Made by a program: the position numbers and the translations under genes. 64,000 nt of DNA from an uncultured Candidatus Rokubacteria bacterium (GTDB taxonomy: Bacteria > Methylomirabilota > Methylomirabilia > Rokubacteriales > CSP1-6), in assembly GCA_963827505.1 (NCBI GenBank), contig CAWHBD010000001.1, forward strand, positions 1,286,663 through 1,350,662, read 5' to 3'. The stretch's first letter is position 1. Every line of letters begins with the position of its first letter. Shown here one piece after another: positions 9,238-21,552 of the stretch. The notes under the pieces were generated by a model, which was not told where the DNA came from, ran no database searches, and saw only the letters and a list, made by a program, of their open reading frames with translations.

Positions 9238-10800
9238 GTGCACGGCGCCGAGCTCATCCTGGGGCTCCTCATCGCCGTCGCGGCGCTCGTCACCCTCGCG
9301 CGCCGCCTCGAGATCGCCTACCCGATCTTCCTCGTCATCGGCGGGCTGGGCCTCGGGCTCATGCCGGGCGTGCCGCGGATCCACGTCGATCCCGACCTGA
9401 TCTTCCTCATCGTCTTGCCGCCCCTGCTCTACATCGCGGCGTTCTACACCCCCATCCAGAACCTGCGCGCGAATCTCGGGACCATCAGCTCGCTCGCGGT
9501 CGGTCTGGTCATCGTCTCGGCCTGCGCGGTGGCCGTGGTGGCCCACGCCCTCGTTCCGGGCATCTCGTGGTCGGCGGCCTTTGCGCTGGGCGCCATCGTG
9601 GCGCCCCCCGACGCGATCGCGGCCACCGCGGTCACGAGACGGCTGGCCGTCTCGCGCCAGATCGTGACGATCCTCGAAGGCGAGAGCCTGCTCAACGACG
9701 CCACGGCCCTGACCATCTACAGCATCGCCCTCGCGGTCGCGGCCGGGGCCGTCTTCTCTCCGACCGGGACCGTCCTCACGTTCGCGGGCGCGATCCTGGG
9801 CGGCGGTGCCATCGGTGTCGCCGTGGGGTGGATCGTCGCCCACATCCGGGCGCGCATCGAGGACACCCCGGTGGAGATGACCATCTCGCTGCTGACGCCG
9901 TACGCCGCGTTCCTGCCGGCCGACCGGCTCGACGCCTCGGGGGTCATCGCGACGGTGGCGGCCGGCCTCTACCTGGGGCACCGCGGCTCCCACATCATGG
10001 GCGCGGACGCCCGGCTGACCGGGCGCGCTGTCTGGGAGACGATCACCTTCCTGCTGAACGGCCTCGTCTTCATCGTCATGGGGCTGGAGGTACCGCTGCT
10101 CCTGCGTACGCTCACGCTGGAGCAGGCGATCCAGCTGATCGGCATCGGCGTCGCGGTGACGGTCCTGCTGGTGCTCGTCCGGGCCCTGTGGATGCTTGTG
10201 ACCGTGTTCCTGCCCCAGCGGATCCAGGGGCAGCGGAACGCCCTCGCCTGCTCGCTCGTCCTCTCCTGGGCCGGGATGCGCGGCGTCGTCTCACTGGCTG
10301 CCGTCCTGGCGCTCCCGCTGACCGTGTCGGGCGGACGGCCGTTCCCGGGTCGCGAGGCCCTGGTGATCGTCACGCTCACCGTCATCGTGCTCACACTGGT
10401 CGGGCAGGGGCTGACGCTGCCCTCGTTCATCCGGGCGCTCCGTCTGGGTACGGACCCCGGGCTCCGCGAGGAAGAGGCCCGCGCCAGACAGCGCTTGCTG
10501 GAGGCCGCCACCCGACGCCTCGACGAGCTGGATCCGGTGTGGCCGGGCCATCGTCCCCTCCTCGACCAGCTGCGGGAGACGTACCGCCACCGCTCCGAGC
10601 ACGTCGAGCGCCAGCGGGATGCCGCCGAGGGCGACGAGGAAGACCGCGAGCTGATCGAGCACCGGGAGATCCGGCGCACGGTCATCGGCGCGGAACGGGA
10701 GGCGCTGCTGCGCCTTCGCGCCGAGGGCGAGGTCAGCGACGAGGTGCTGCGCGACCTCGAGCGCGAGCTCGACCTCGAAGAGCGCCGCATGGATGCCTGA
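9238..10800 (+). CDS. Na+/H+ antiporter (CPA1 family)
   Basis: GTG 9238 is the start. The ~520 aa polytopic membrane protein has a charged C-terminal cytoplasmic tail. The sequence is typical of Na+/H+ exchanger family members. Confidence 0.85.
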   Translation: MHGAELILGLLIAVAALVTLARRLEIAYPIFLVIGGLGLGLMPGVPRIHVDPDLIFLIVLPPLLYIAAFYTPIQNLRANLGTISSLAVGLVIVSACAVAVVAHALVPGISWSAAFALGAIVAPPDAIAATAVTRRLAVSRQIVTILEGESLLNDATALTIYSIALAVAAGAVFSPTGTVLTFAGAILGGGAIGVAVGWIVAHIRARIEDTPVEMTISLLTPYAAFLPADRLDASGVIATVAAGLYLGHRGSHIMGADARLTGRAVWETITFLLNGLVFIVMGLEVPLLLRTLTLEQAIQLIGIGVAVTVLLVLVRALWMLVTVFLPQRIQGQRNALACSLVLSWAGMRGVVSLAAVLALPLTVSGGRPFPGREALVIVTLTVIVLTLVGQGLTLPSFIRALRLGTDPGLREEEARARQRLLEAATRRLDELDPVWPGHRPLLDQLRETYRHRSEHVERQRDAAEGDEEDRELIEHREIRRTVIGAEREALLRLRAEGEVSDEVLRDLERELDLEERRMDA

Positions 10801-10838
10801 GGTCCTCTGATACGGTTGTCACCGAAGGAGGTTCACGC

Positions 10839-11582
10839 ATGGCCATTCCGCCGGGTGACGTGGTCAAGCAGCAGGTCGCCGCCCACTGGGATCGGCGCGC
10901 CGCCCACTTCGACGAGGACTTCGGACACAGCATCCGGACCCCGGGCGAGCGCGCCGCCTGGGACCGCATCCTCGGCCTCGTCGTGCCCGGCCGGCCCGCG
11001 CTCGACGCCCTCGACGTCGGCGCCGGCACCGGCTTCCTCAGCTTCGAGCTGGCGGCGCGCGGTCACCGGGTCACCGGCGTGGATTTCGCGCCCGCGATGA
11101 TCGCGCAGGCCCGGCACAAGGCGGCGGAGCGGGGTGTCGTGGTGCGGTTCGAGGAGGCCGACGCCGAGCAGCTACCCTTCGCGCCGGCCAGCTTCGATCT
11201 CGTCATCAGCCGCCACCTGCTGTGGACCCTCCCGCATCCGGAGGCGGCCATCGACGAATGGATCCGGGTCTTGCGACCGGGAGGACGGCTGGTCGTGGTG
11301 GACGGCCAGTTCGACACGACCGCCCTCACGACGCCCCCGGCCGGCAGCGCCCGGGCCAGCGCGGAGTATGCCGCCATCGGCAACCGGCTGCCCTTCCTCG
11401 GAGGCCGTCCCCGAGAAGAGATCGAAGCCCTGCTGCGAGCTCGCGGCCTGATCGACGTGGCCAGCGATCCCCTGCTCGATCTCGTGGCCGCGCAGGCACA
11501 ACGGATGGTCGACGAAGGGCTGGAGCCTCGGAGCCATCGTCGCTATATCGTCTGGGGCGACGTCACCCGGGGGCGACCGTGA
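10839..11582 (+). CDS. Class I SAM-dependent methyltransferase
   Basis: ATG 10839 is preceded by GAAGGAGG. The SAM-binding motif LDVGAGTGF is present, followed by the post-I/II motifs. Confidence 0.85.
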   Translation: MAIPPGDVVKQQVAAHWDRRAAHFDEDFGHSIRTPGERAAWDRILGLVVPGRPALDALDVGAGTGFLSFELAARGHRVTGVDFAPAMIAQARHKAAERGVVVRFEEADAEQLPFAPASFDLVISRHLLWTLPHPEAAIDEWIRVLRPGGRLVVVDGQFDTTALTTPPAGSARASAEYAAIGNRLPFLGGRPREEIEALLRARGLIDVASDPLLDLVAAQAQRMVDEGLEPRSHRRYIVWGDVTRGRP

Positions 11583-11666
11583 CGTCATCGCCAAACGCGC
11601 GAATCGCCGCGGCCCTGGTGGTAGGGTGAAGGTACCAGTTCGCACGACTGACGAAGGAGGTACGTC

Positions 11667-11933
11667 ATGACTCAGAGCGTCCGGCAGTGGTTGATCGTTC
11701 CCCTGTGCGTCGTGATCGTGGCGCTGTCGTCTGGCGCCGCCGGTGCCGCCGACAAATCGAAGGTCGATCGGGCCACCAGCCGGGTCGAGCAGGGCGCCCG
11801 GCAGATAGGGCAGGGCGATCTCGGCCCGGGCTTCAAGCAGATGTTCACGGGCATCGGTTACACGATCGTCGAGGGCGCCAAGTTCAGCGGCAACTCGATC
11901 GGCGAGTTCTTCAAGAAGACGTTCAGCAGCTAG
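11667..11933 (+). CDS. Small secreted hypothetical protein (88 aa)
   Basis: A GAAGGAGG RBS precedes it. The signal peptide is MTQSVRQWLIVPLCVVIVALSSGAAGAA. I recognise no family. Confidence 0.5.
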   Translation: MTQSVRQWLIVPLCVVIVALSSGAAGAADKSKVDRATSRVEQGARQIGQGDLGPGFKQMFTGIGYTIVEGAKFSGNSIGEFFKKTFSS

Positions 11934-11944
11934 GACCGGCGAGG

Positions 11945-12775
<831 letters not shown>

Positions 12776-12779
<4 letters not shown>

Positions 12780-13695
12780 CCGTAGCGGATGCGCGGATCG
12801 AGCACGGTGTAGAGCAGGTCGATGGCCAGGTTGATGACGACGAAGATGGTGGCCGACAGGATCAGGACGGTCTGCACCACCGGGAAGTCGCGGAAGAAGA
12901 TGGCGTCGACGACGAGCTTGCCCATGCCCGGCCACGCGAAGATCGACTCGGTGATCACGGCGCCGCCCAGGAGCGTACCGATCTGCAGCCCCAGCACGGT
13001 GAGCAGCGGGATCGTCGCGTTCCGCAGCGCGTGGCGCCAGATCACCGAGCGCTCCGCCAGCCCCTTGGCCCGCCCGGTCCGGATGTAGTCCTGGCCGAGG
13101 ATCTCCAGCAGGCTCGAGCGGGTGAGGCGCGCCACCAGCGCCGTCGGGAACGCGGCCAGGGTGATGCTGGGCAGCACCAGGTACTGCCAGCCCTGGAATC
13201 CGGAGGTCGGCAGCCAGCGCAGGGTGACGCCGAAGAGCAGGATGAGCATGATCCCCAGCCAGAAGTTCGGCAGCGACTGCCCGAGCACGGCCAGCGCGGT
13301 GCCGGCATAGTCGTAGCCGGTGCCTCGACGCACCGCGGCCAGCACGCCGATCGACACGCCGAACACCACCGTCAGCAGCAGGGCGGCCAGCGCGAGCTGG
13401 ATCGTCGCCGGCAGCCGCTCGACGACGACCCGGAGCGCCGGCGCCCGGTACTGGAACGACTGGCCGAAGTCGCCCCGCGCCACCGAGCGCAGGAAGATGC
13501 CGTACTGCACCCACAGCGGCTCGCGCAGGCCGAGCTGCCGGTTGAGCGCGTCGATCGCCGACGGGGCGCGCCCTCGGGCAGGAGCATCTTGGCGGGGTCG
13601 CCGGGCACCACGCGCAGGATCACGAACACCAGCAGCGAGACGCCGACGAGCGTCACCGCCGACTGCCAGAGCCGCCTCAGCAGGTAGGAGCGCAC
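12776..13695 (-). pseudogene. ABC transporter permease (DppB-like), one frameshift as sequenced
   Basis: The N-terminus MRSYLLRRLWQSAVTLVGVSLLVFVILRVVPGDPAKMLLPEGAP starts at 13695. The remainder (...SAIDALNRQLGLREPLWVQYGIFLRSVARGDFGQS...) is in a second frame. The junction is near the G4 run at 13563-13566. Confidence 0.8.
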
Positions 13696-13723
13696 CGGCG
13701 GCCTAGGTGCGTCGGCGACGAGA

Positions 13724-15243
13724 TCAGGCGATGCCGACCTCGTGCAGCAGCACGTAGTAGTCGCGCCGGGCCTCGAAGTTGCGCAGCTTGTCGCTGATGG
13801 CGTAGATGGCCACGCTGTAGTACGGCCAGATCTCGGGCTCGTCCTCCCACAGGATCCGCTCGATCTCCTCGTACTTCTGCTGGCGCACCTTGGGGTCGGG
13901 CACCCGGCCTTCCGCGATGAGCTGCTCGACCTTGGGGTCGGCGAAGCGCGTCATCTTCTCGGCCCCGGCCTTGGTGAACCACTGGCCGAAGTACCAGTCG
14001 GGGTCGTGCGGCATGTGGGCCCAGCCCGAGAAGAAGAGGTCGTAGTTGCCCGCCGTCCGTTGCTCGCGGGCGGTGGCGATCTCCAGATTGCGGATGTTGA
14101 CCTTGATCCCGACGTCGCCCAGCATCGCCGCCACCGCCTGGGCGATCTCCAGCTGCTTGGGATAGAGATCCTTCATCAGCACGAAGTCGATCACCAGGTT
14201 CGACTGTGCCGGCCTGCTTGAGCAGCTGGCGCGCCTTGTCGGGGTCGTACGGCTTCTGCCCGAGATTCGTGTGGCCGATGAGCCCGGGCGGGACGGGGTT
14301 CACGACCGGACGGGCGTAGCCCAGCAGCAGGTCCTTGATGATGACGTTACGGTCGATGGCCAGCGAGATGGCCTTGCGCACGCGCGGATCCTTGACCGTC
14401 TCCCTGGCGAGCTGGAAATGCCAGCGCTGCGCCTCGAGCGCCGGCGTGTCGAGCACCTTCACGCCCGGCGTGCCCTTGAGGGTCTGGACCATGTCCGGCC
14501 ACACGCGATCGATCACGTGGATCTCCCCGGCCCGGAGGGCGGCCGCGCGGGTGGAGAGCTCCGGGATGAAGCGGAAGGTCACCTTCTCCACCTTCGGAAG
14601 ACCCGGCTTCCAGTACCGGGGGTTCGCCGCCAGCTCCACGCGGTCGCCGTGGATCCAGCTGACGAACCGGAACGGGCCCGTCCCCACCGGCTTCTGGAAG
14701 AACGCGTCCTCGGCGCCGGCCACGCTGGGCGGCAGCATGCCGAGCATCGTCAGGTGCGCCGGCAGCGAGCCAAACGGCCGCTTCGTCGTCACCGTGACCG
14801 CGTAGTCGCCGTCCTTCTGGACGTCCTCGATGTCCTGGTAGACGAACGACTTGACCAGCTTGGCGTTGTCGCGCACGCGCTTGAGCGTGAAGACCACGCT
14901 GTCGGCCGTGAAGGGGGTGCCGTCGTGGAAGGTGACGCCCTTGCGCAGGGTGAACCGCCACGTGGTGTTGTTGACGGGCCGCCAGGTCTCGGCCAGCGCC
15001 GGCACGAACTTCGTCGTCGTTGGTGACGTCGAGCAGCGGATCGTAGACGTGGCGGAGCACGGAGGTCGCCGAGATCGAGTAGTGATTCGCCGGGTCGAGC
15101 GTGAGCATCCGCTCGGACAGCCCGGCGATGATCTCCCCCCGCCGGCCCTGGGCCCGCGCCACGCCGGGGCCGACCATCGAGGCTCCGAGGACGGCTCCGC
15201 CTCCGAGAAGGAATTGACGACGATTGACTCTCGATCTCGGCAT
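13724..15243 (-). pseudogene. ABC transporter substrate-binding protein family 5 with a Tat-type signal, two frameshifts as sequenced
   Basis: Three consecutive ORF pieces cover one SBP. Piece one is MPRSRVNRRQFLLGGGAVLG...VTNDDE. Piece two is FVPALAETWRPVNNTTW...LLKQAG. Piece three is NLVIDFVLMKDLYPKQLEIAQ...HEVGIA. The junctions are at about 15006-15012 and 14195-14212. Confidence 0.8.
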
Positions 15244-15293
15244 GCGCTGGCCCCCCCCCGGCCCGGTATCCTCGCAGCCCGCCACCGCCGGCG

Positions 15294-16463
15294 TCAAGGC
15301 GCGATCTCGAACTCCGTGGCCCACCGGTCGAGGAAGAGCGCCAGCATCTTCGTGCGCTCGAGCAACGTGGCGACCTCGATGTACTCCTCGGCGCTGTGGG
15401 CGCGGTTGCCGCGCGGGCCCATGCCGTCGAGCGTGGGGGCGAGGGCGGAGGTATGGTTGCCGTCGGAGCCGCCCCCGGTCTTGATGGCCCGCACGTCGAC
15501 GCCGAGATCGCGGCCGGCGGCCCGCATGATCGCCAGCAGCCGCTCGGTCCCGGGCAACCCGGGGGGCCAGGGCGGGAAGCTCACCTCACCCGTGAAGCGG
15601 GAGGTCGTGCCGGGGACGTGCGGCTGGGCGCAGATCTTCTGCATCGCGGCGATCGCCGCCTCGGCGTCCGCCCGACTCCAGGCCCGCAGGTCGACCTCCG
15701 CGAACGCGCGGTCGGCGACCACGTTGGGGCGCTCGCCGCCGCGCACGGTGCCGACGTTGACGGTGGTGCCCTTCTCGAGATCGGTGAGCGCGTGCAGCGC
15801 AGCGACCTTCTGGGCGAGATCCCAGATGGCACTGGCGCCCAGCTCGGGCTGGAGCCCGGCGTGGGCGGCCTTGCCCGTCACCTCGAGGGAGAACGTCCCG
15901 GCGCCCTTGCGCGCCATCACGTACTCGCCACCGGGCCGCGCCGGCTCCAGGATGCCCACGCTGTGAGCGCGGCGCGCCTCCTCGCCGATGACCTCGCGCG
16001 AGGTCGGCGACAGCCGCTCCTCGTCGGCGTTGAACACGACGCTGACGTTCGTCGCCGCCCAGGTGCGGGTGCGCGCCTCCTGGTGGGCCCGGAGCGCGTA
16101 CAGCAGGGCGGTCAGCCCGCCCTTCATGTCGTACACGCCGGGGCCCCACGCGCGGCCCTGGTCGTCGATGCGGAACGGCCGCTGCTTGGCCGTGCCGGAC
16201 GGGAACACCGTGTCGTAGTGGCCGACGAAGAGGAAGCGCTTGGGCCCGGTGCCCGGCTTGTGGCCGACCAGGTGATCGCCGAAGCGATCGTTGACGACGC
16301 GACGGACGGTGAAGCCCAGACGCTCGAGCCGCTCGACCAGGATGGCGCCCACGCGGTTGACGTCCAGCACGTCGTCGGTGCCGCTGTCGTGGTTCACGAG
16401 GCGCGCGAGAAACTCGATCTGCTCGTCGCGCCAGCCGTCGAGGCGGTCCAGGAGGTCGCGCAT
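15294..16463 (-). CDS. M20 family metallopeptidase (glutamate carboxypeptidase / carbamoylase-like)
   Basis: Motifs are HYDTVFP, GVYDMKGG, NADEE and GGGSDGN. ATG 16463 (MRDLLDRL) is preferred over the upstream TTG at 16490. Confidence 0.85.
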   Translation of the reverse strand: MRDLLDRLDGWRDEQIEFLARLVNHDSGTDDVLDVNRVGAILVERLERLGFTVRRVVNDRFGDHLVGHKPGTGPKRFLFVGHYDTVFPSGTAKQRPFRIDDQGRAWGPGVYDMKGGLTALLYALRAHQEARTRTWAATNVSVVFNADEERLSPTSREVIGEEARRAHSVGILEPARPGGEYVMARKGAGTFSLEVTGKAAHAGLQPELGASAIWDLAQKVAALHALTDLEKGTTVNVGTVRGGERPNVVADRAFAEVDLRAWSRADAEAAIAAMQKICAQPHVPGTTSRFTGEVSFPPWPPGLPGTERLLAIMRAAGRDLGVDVRAIKTGGGSDGNHTSALAPTLDGMGPRGNRAHSAEEYIEVATLLERTKMLALFLDRWATEFEIAP

Positions 16464-16501
16464 CGCCGTATGATACCCTGGCCCCGCCAAGGAGGATCGC
16501 G

Positions 16502-18539
16502 GTGCAGATCGGCGTCGACATCGGCGGCACCTTCACCGACATCGTGGCCCTCGACCGCGCGGGACGCCTGGCCCTCGCGAAGGTTCCGAGCACACCGAAG
16601 GATCTCCTCGAGGGCATCGCGGCCGCCGTCACCCAGGTGCTGGCGCTGGCCGGCGCCCGGCCGGCCGACGTCGAGCGCTTCATCCACGGCACCACCGTCG
16701 CCACCAACGCCGTCCTCGAGCAGAAGGGCGCGGTCACCGCGATCCTCACCACCGAGGGGTTCGAGGACGTGCTCGAGCTGGGCCGCATGAAGCGCTCGCG
16801 CATGTACGACCTGGCCATGGACCCGGAGGTGCCGACGTTCCTCGCCCCCCGCCGGCGCCGGCTGGGCATCGGCGAGCGGCTCGACGCCCGGGGACAGATC
16901 CTCGTCCCCCTCGACGAGGACGCGGTGCGGGCCGCGGTGCGAGCGCTCCGCGCCCAGGCCGTGCAGGCCATCGCGGTCTGCTACCTGTTCTCGTTCGTGA
17001 ATCCGGCCCACGAGCGGCGCACGCGCGAGCTCGTCGCCGAGCTGGCGCCCGAGATCAGCGTCTCGCTCTCGTCGGAGGTCGATCCGACGTTCCGCGAGTA
17101 CGAGCGTCTGTGCGTGACCGCCTTCGACGCCTACCTCGGCCCCGTCGTGAAGCGCTACCTCGCCGGGCTCGCCGACACGCTCCGGGCGCTCGGCATCCCC
17201 GGGGTGCCGCTGATCATGCGCTCTCGCGGCGGCATCGTGTCGGCGGCGCTGGCCGCGCAGCAGCCCGTCACGCTCTTTCTGTCCGGTCCGGCCGGGGGCG
17301 TGATCGGCGCCGGCTTCGCCGCCGAGCGCTCGGGGGTGCGTGACTTCGTCTCTCTCGACATGGGCGGGACCAGCAACGACGTGGCCGTGGTCCGCGACGG
17401 TACGCCACTGCTGGCCAGCGAGGGCGCGATCGGTCCCTATCCCGTCCGCACGCCGATGGTGGACGTGAACACGATCGGCGCCGGCGGCGGGAGCATCGCC
17501 TGGATCGACGCGGCCGGCGGGCTGCGGGTGGGGCCGCGCAGCGCCGGCGCCGACCCCGGTCCCGCCTGCTACGGACGCGGCGGCGACGAGGCGACCGTGA
17601 CCGACGCCAGCGTCGTCCTCGGCTACCTCAACCCCGCCCGGTTCGCCGGCGGCACGCTGGCGCTGGACGCCGCGGCGGCCGAGCGCGCCGTGGCGCGCGG
17701 TCGGGCGCCGGCTGGGCGTGGACACCGTGGCCGCGGCGGCCGGCATCCATCGTGTGGTGAACGCGCGGATGGCCGACCAGATCCGCCTGGTCACGATCAA
17801 GCGGGGTTACGACCCGCGTCAGTTCTCGCTGGTGGTGCTGGGCGGCGCCGGGCCGGTGCACGGCGCCGCCCTGGCCGCCGAGATGGGCATGGCCGAGGTG
17901 CTGGTGCCCGAGGCCCCGGGCGTCCTCGCCGCCTTCGGCCTCCTCGCCGCCGCCATCGAGCACCACCACGCGCGCACCCTGCAGGCCCGCACCGAGGCCG
18001 CCGACCTCGATGCCGTCAACCGGTGTCTGGCCGAGCTCGACGCGGCCGGGCGCGGCCGCATGGGCGAGGAGGGCGTGCCGGCCGACCAGGTGCGCGTCGC
18101 CTATGCCGCCGACATGCGCTACGTCGGCCAGGCGTACGAGCTGGAGGTGCCGATCGCGGTGCCGGTCACGCCCGCCCGGATGCCGGAGATCCTGGCGGCC
18201 TTCCACGCGGTCCACGAGCGCGTCTACGGCTACGCTCGCGCGCAGCAGCCGGTGGAGTTCGTGAACTTCCGAGCGGTGCACAGCTACCCGCTGCCCCGGC
18301 CGGTCGTGACGCCGGCGGCTCGCGCGACTGGCTCGCTGGGCGATGCGCGGCTGGGCGAGCGCCGGGCGTACTTCGGGGCCTTCGTGCCGACGGCGATCTA
18401 CGAGCGGGCCCGGCTGCCCCTCGGCGCGCGCCTGGCCGGCCCGGCCATCGTGGAGCAGAGCGACACGACCACCGTGATCCCACCCGGCGTCACCGCGCTG
18501 GTGGACGATGCCGGCAACCTGCGCCTGCGGAGAGCGTGA
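16502..18539 (+). pseudogene. hyuA: Hydantoinase/oxoprolinase A-family subunit (second copy), one frameshift as sequenced
   Basis: GTG 16502 follows AAGGAGG. The N-terminal ~398 aa (MQIGVDIGGTFTDIV...) are in frame 2. The C-terminal part (VDTVAAAAGIHRVVNARMADQIRLVTIKRGYDPR... to 18539) is in frame 3. The junction is at about 17695-17703. The 1258-aa track ORF is a read-through artefact. Confidence 0.85.
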
Positions 18540-20278
18540 TGGCCATCGACCCGATCCTGCTCGAGGTGCTGCGCAACCGGCTGGACGCCATCGCCGACGA
18601 GATGGAGCTGACGCTCCTCAAGAGCGCGGCCTCACCGATCGTGAAGGAAGGTCTCGACGCCTCGGCCGCGCTCTTCAACACCGAGGGCGAGACCATCGCC
18701 CAGGCGGCGGCGATCCCCATCCACCTGGGCGCCTTGCAGTTCGCCGCCCAGCGGCTCGTGCACGCGTTCCCGCCCGAGCGCATGCAGGACGGCGACGCCT
18801 TCCTGCTCAACGACCCCTACGATGGCGGCACCCACCTGCCCGACATCACGCTGGCGGTGCCGGTGCTCGCCGACGGCCGCGTGGTGGCGCTGGCGTGCAC
18901 GATGTGCCACCACCAGGACGTGGGCGGCCGCACGCCTGGCAGCGTCCCGACCGACGCCACCGAGCTGTATCAGGAGGGCGTGATCATCCCGCCCACCCAG
19001 CTCTTCCGGGCCGGGGTGCTGGACGAGAACCTCTTCCGGCTGCTCACGCGCAACGTCCGCCTGCCCGACGTGTTCACCGGGGATCTCATGGCCCAGCTGG
19101 CGGCGGGGCGGCTCGGCGGCCTCCGCCTGCAAGAGCTGTTCGCCACGCACGGCGCCGCGACCGTGGTGTCGTACGTCGACGAGCTGCTCTCGCGGGCCGA
19201 GCGGCTCACCCGCGCCCAGATCGCCGACATCCCCGACGGCGACTACGCCTTCGCCGACTGGCTCGACGACGACGGCGTCGACATCGGACGACCGGTGAAG
19301 ATCGCGGTGACCCTGCGGGTGCGGGGCTCGGCGATGACGTTCGACTTCACGGGCAGCGATCCCCAGGTACGCGGCCCCTTCAACTCCGTGCCCGCCTCGA
19401 CGATGTCGGCGGTCTACTACGCGGTGCGGGCGATCTCGGATGCGTCGGTGCCGAACAACGGCGGCTGCTTCCGTGCCGTCGACGCGATCCTCCCGGAGGG
19501 GACGATCGTGAACCCGCGGCCGCCGGCGCCGGTGAGCTGCCGGACGGCGACGATCAAGCGTATCGCGGACACGATCCTGGGGGCGCTGGTCGGCGCCCTG
19601 CCCGGCCGCATGCCGGCGGCGAACTCGGGCACGCTGCTGGTGATGGCCTTCGGCGGCCGCGACCCCGAGACGGGGCGGCCATTCGTGGCCAGCGAGCTGG
19701 CCGCCGGCGGCATGGGGGCCCGGCCGGACAAGGACGGCATCGACGTCATCGAGACCGACGTCTCGAACTGCATGAACATCCCGGTCGAGTCGGTCGAGAT
19801 GAACTTCCCGCTGCGCATCGCCCGCGCGCGCCTGTGGACGGGCTCGGGCGGCGCCGGGCGCTTCCGCGGTGGTCTCGGGCTGGAGAAGGTCTACGAGGCG
19901 ACGACGACGGACGTGATGGTTTCCCATCGCGGCGAGCGGTTCGCGTCAGCCCCGTGGGGTCTCGAGGGTGGGGCCCCGGGCACCCGGGCCCACGCGCATA
20001 TCGAGAGAGCCGACGGCACCCGCGAGGAGCTGCCGTCCAAGAAGATGATCGTCCTGCACCCCGGCGATCAGCTCTGGGAGTACATCGCCGGTGGCGCCGG
20101 CTACGGCGATCCGCTGGACCGCGAGCCGGCCGCGGTGCTCGCCGACCTGCTGGACGGCAAGATCACGGCGGCCGGGGCCGCGCTGGAATATGGCGTCGTC
20201 TTCACGCCGGACGGCACCGCGGTGGACGAGGTGAAGACGAAGGAGTCGCGGGCCGCGCTGCGACGGACGTCGTCGTGA
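18539..20278 (+). CDS. hyuB: Hydantoinase B/oxoprolinase-family subunit (second copy, intact)
   Basis: ATG 18539 overlaps the hyuA stop by 1 nt. The 579 aa product begins MAIDPILLEVLRNRLDAIADEM and carries GSGGAGRFRGGLG. Confidence 0.9.
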   Translation: MAIDPILLEVLRNRLDAIADEMELTLLKSAASPIVKEGLDASAALFNTEGETIAQAAAIPIHLGALQFAAQRLVHAFPPERMQDGDAFLLNDPYDGGTHLPDITLAVPVLADGRVVALACTMCHHQDVGGRTPGSVPTDATELYQEGVIIPPTQLFRAGVLDENLFRLLTRNVRLPDVFTGDLMAQLAAGRLGGLRLQELFATHGAATVVSYVDELLSRAERLTRAQIADIPDGDYAFADWLDDDGVDIGRPVKIAVTLRVRGSAMTFDFTGSDPQVRGPFNSVPASTMSAVYYAVRAISDASVPNNGGCFRAVDAILPEGTIVNPRPPAPVSCRTATIKRIADTILGALVGALPGRMPAANSGTLLVMAFGGRDPETGRPFVASELAAGGMGARPDKDGIDVIETDVSNCMNIPVESVEMNFPLRIARARLWTGSGGAGRFRGGLGLEKVYEATTTDVMVSHRGERFASAPWGLEGGAPGTRAHAHIERADGTREELPSKKMIVLHPGDQLWEYIAGGAGYGDPLDREPAAVLADLLDGKITAAGAALEYGVVFTPDGTAVDEVKTKESRAALRRTSS

Positions 20279-21240
20279 TTCCCGTGATCGATCTCGGTCC
20301 GTACCTCGCGGCTCGCCCCGGGGCCGCGGCCATCACGTCGGCCGAGCTCGGGCGAGCCCTGCAGGACGTCGGCTTCTTCGTGATCGTGAACCACGGAATC
20401 CCGCCGGCGCTGATCGACGACACCTTCGCCGAGGCCCGGCGCTTCCATGCCCAGCCCATGGACGCCAAGCTCGCCCTGCGCATGAACGAGCACAACAACG
20501 GCTACATGATGCTGGGGCGCTACGCCGTCTGGACCTCGGACGTGAACGCCAACGACAAGCCCGACCTGAACGAGGCCTTCTTCGTCAAGCGCGAGCGGGG
20601 GCCGGACGATCCGCTCGCGCGGGCCGGACGCCGCTTCGCCGGGCCCAACCAGTGGCCCGCGCAGCTGCCCGGCTTTCGCGAGACCGTCCTCGCCTACACC
20701 GAGGCCGTCGACACCCTGGGCCGGAAGCTCCTGCCCCTCTGCGCGGCGGCCCTCGACCTGCCCCCGGACGCCTTCGACGGCGCCTTCGCCGAGAGCCAGT
20801 TCAGCTTCCGGCTCACCCACTACCCGCCGGTGGTGCCCGAGGCGAACCAGTTCGGCATCGCCCCCCACACGGACGCCAACTTCATGACCTTCCTCGCCCA
20901 GACGGAGGTTCCGGGGCTTCAGGTGCGGATGCCGGATGGGGCGTGGGTCGACGTGCCGTACGTGCCCGGCTCCTTCGCCGTGAACTCGGGTGACATGATG
21001 CAGCGGTGGACGAACCACCGGTTCAAGTCCACGCCGCACCGCGCGCTGCCCCCGGTGGGTCGCCCGCGCTATGCGATCCCGTACTTCATGGGACCTCATC
21101 TCGATACCGAGATCGCGTGCCTGCCCACCTGCCAGGGACCGGGCAACCCGCCGCGCTACGCGCCCATCAGCTACGCGACGTACCTCGACTGGTGGTACGA
21201 CACCAACTACAACGCCGCCCGCCAGCGCGACGTCGCCTGA
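20275..21240 (+). CDS. 2-oxoglutarate/Fe(II)-dependent oxygenase (isopenicillin-N-synthase-like family)
   Basis: GTG 20275 forms a GTGA overlap with hyuB. The N-terminus is IPVIDL. The HxD facial triad HTDANF, a distal His in STPHRA and the RYAIPYF motif are present. Confidence 0.85.
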   Translation: MIPVIDLGPYLAARPGAAAITSAELGRALQDVGFFVIVNHGIPPALIDDTFAEARRFHAQPMDAKLALRMNEHNNGYMMLGRYAVWTSDVNANDKPDLNEAFFVKRERGPDDPLARAGRRFAGPNQWPAQLPGFRETVLAYTEAVDTLGRKLLPLCAAALDLPPDAFDGAFAESQFSFRLTHYPPVVPEANQFGIAPHTDANFMTFLAQTEVPGLQVRMPDGAWVDVPYVPGSFAVNSGDMMQRWTNHRFKSTPHRALPPVGRPRYAIPYFMGPHLDTEIACLPTCQGPGNPPRYAPISYATYLDWWYDTNYNAARQRDVA

Positions 21241-21552
21241 AGCCCGGGATGCGCCGCCGCCGGCCCGGGTCTGCGACGATCCTCCAGCGGCCCCCGGCGC
21301 GCGCCTGTCAGCCATCTTTCCAACTGCACGATCCGACGCACGACGACGTCGCTCAAGCTACTGTTGTTTCGGCTCCATCACTCCTGGCACTCCATGTGCT
21401 ATGGGTCCAGTCCGGGCGCAGGCAACCCGCCTGGCGCTCCGAGGAGGCGTGTCTGACGACAATCGTCGGCGTTATTGAACACATCGGGCCACGATCGACT
21501 TCCGACGGCGCCGGGCACCGACGCTCGATCACCCATTGAACCCGAAGCGCTG

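Noticed and set aside
16502-20278. A 1258-aa ORF that looks like a HyuA-HyuB fusion protein.
   Set aside because: The middle ~280 aa are Arg/Gly/Pro junk produced by reading hyuA out of frame after the break near 17698. The true hyuA C-terminus is in frame 3 (to 18539), and hyuB starts at 18539.
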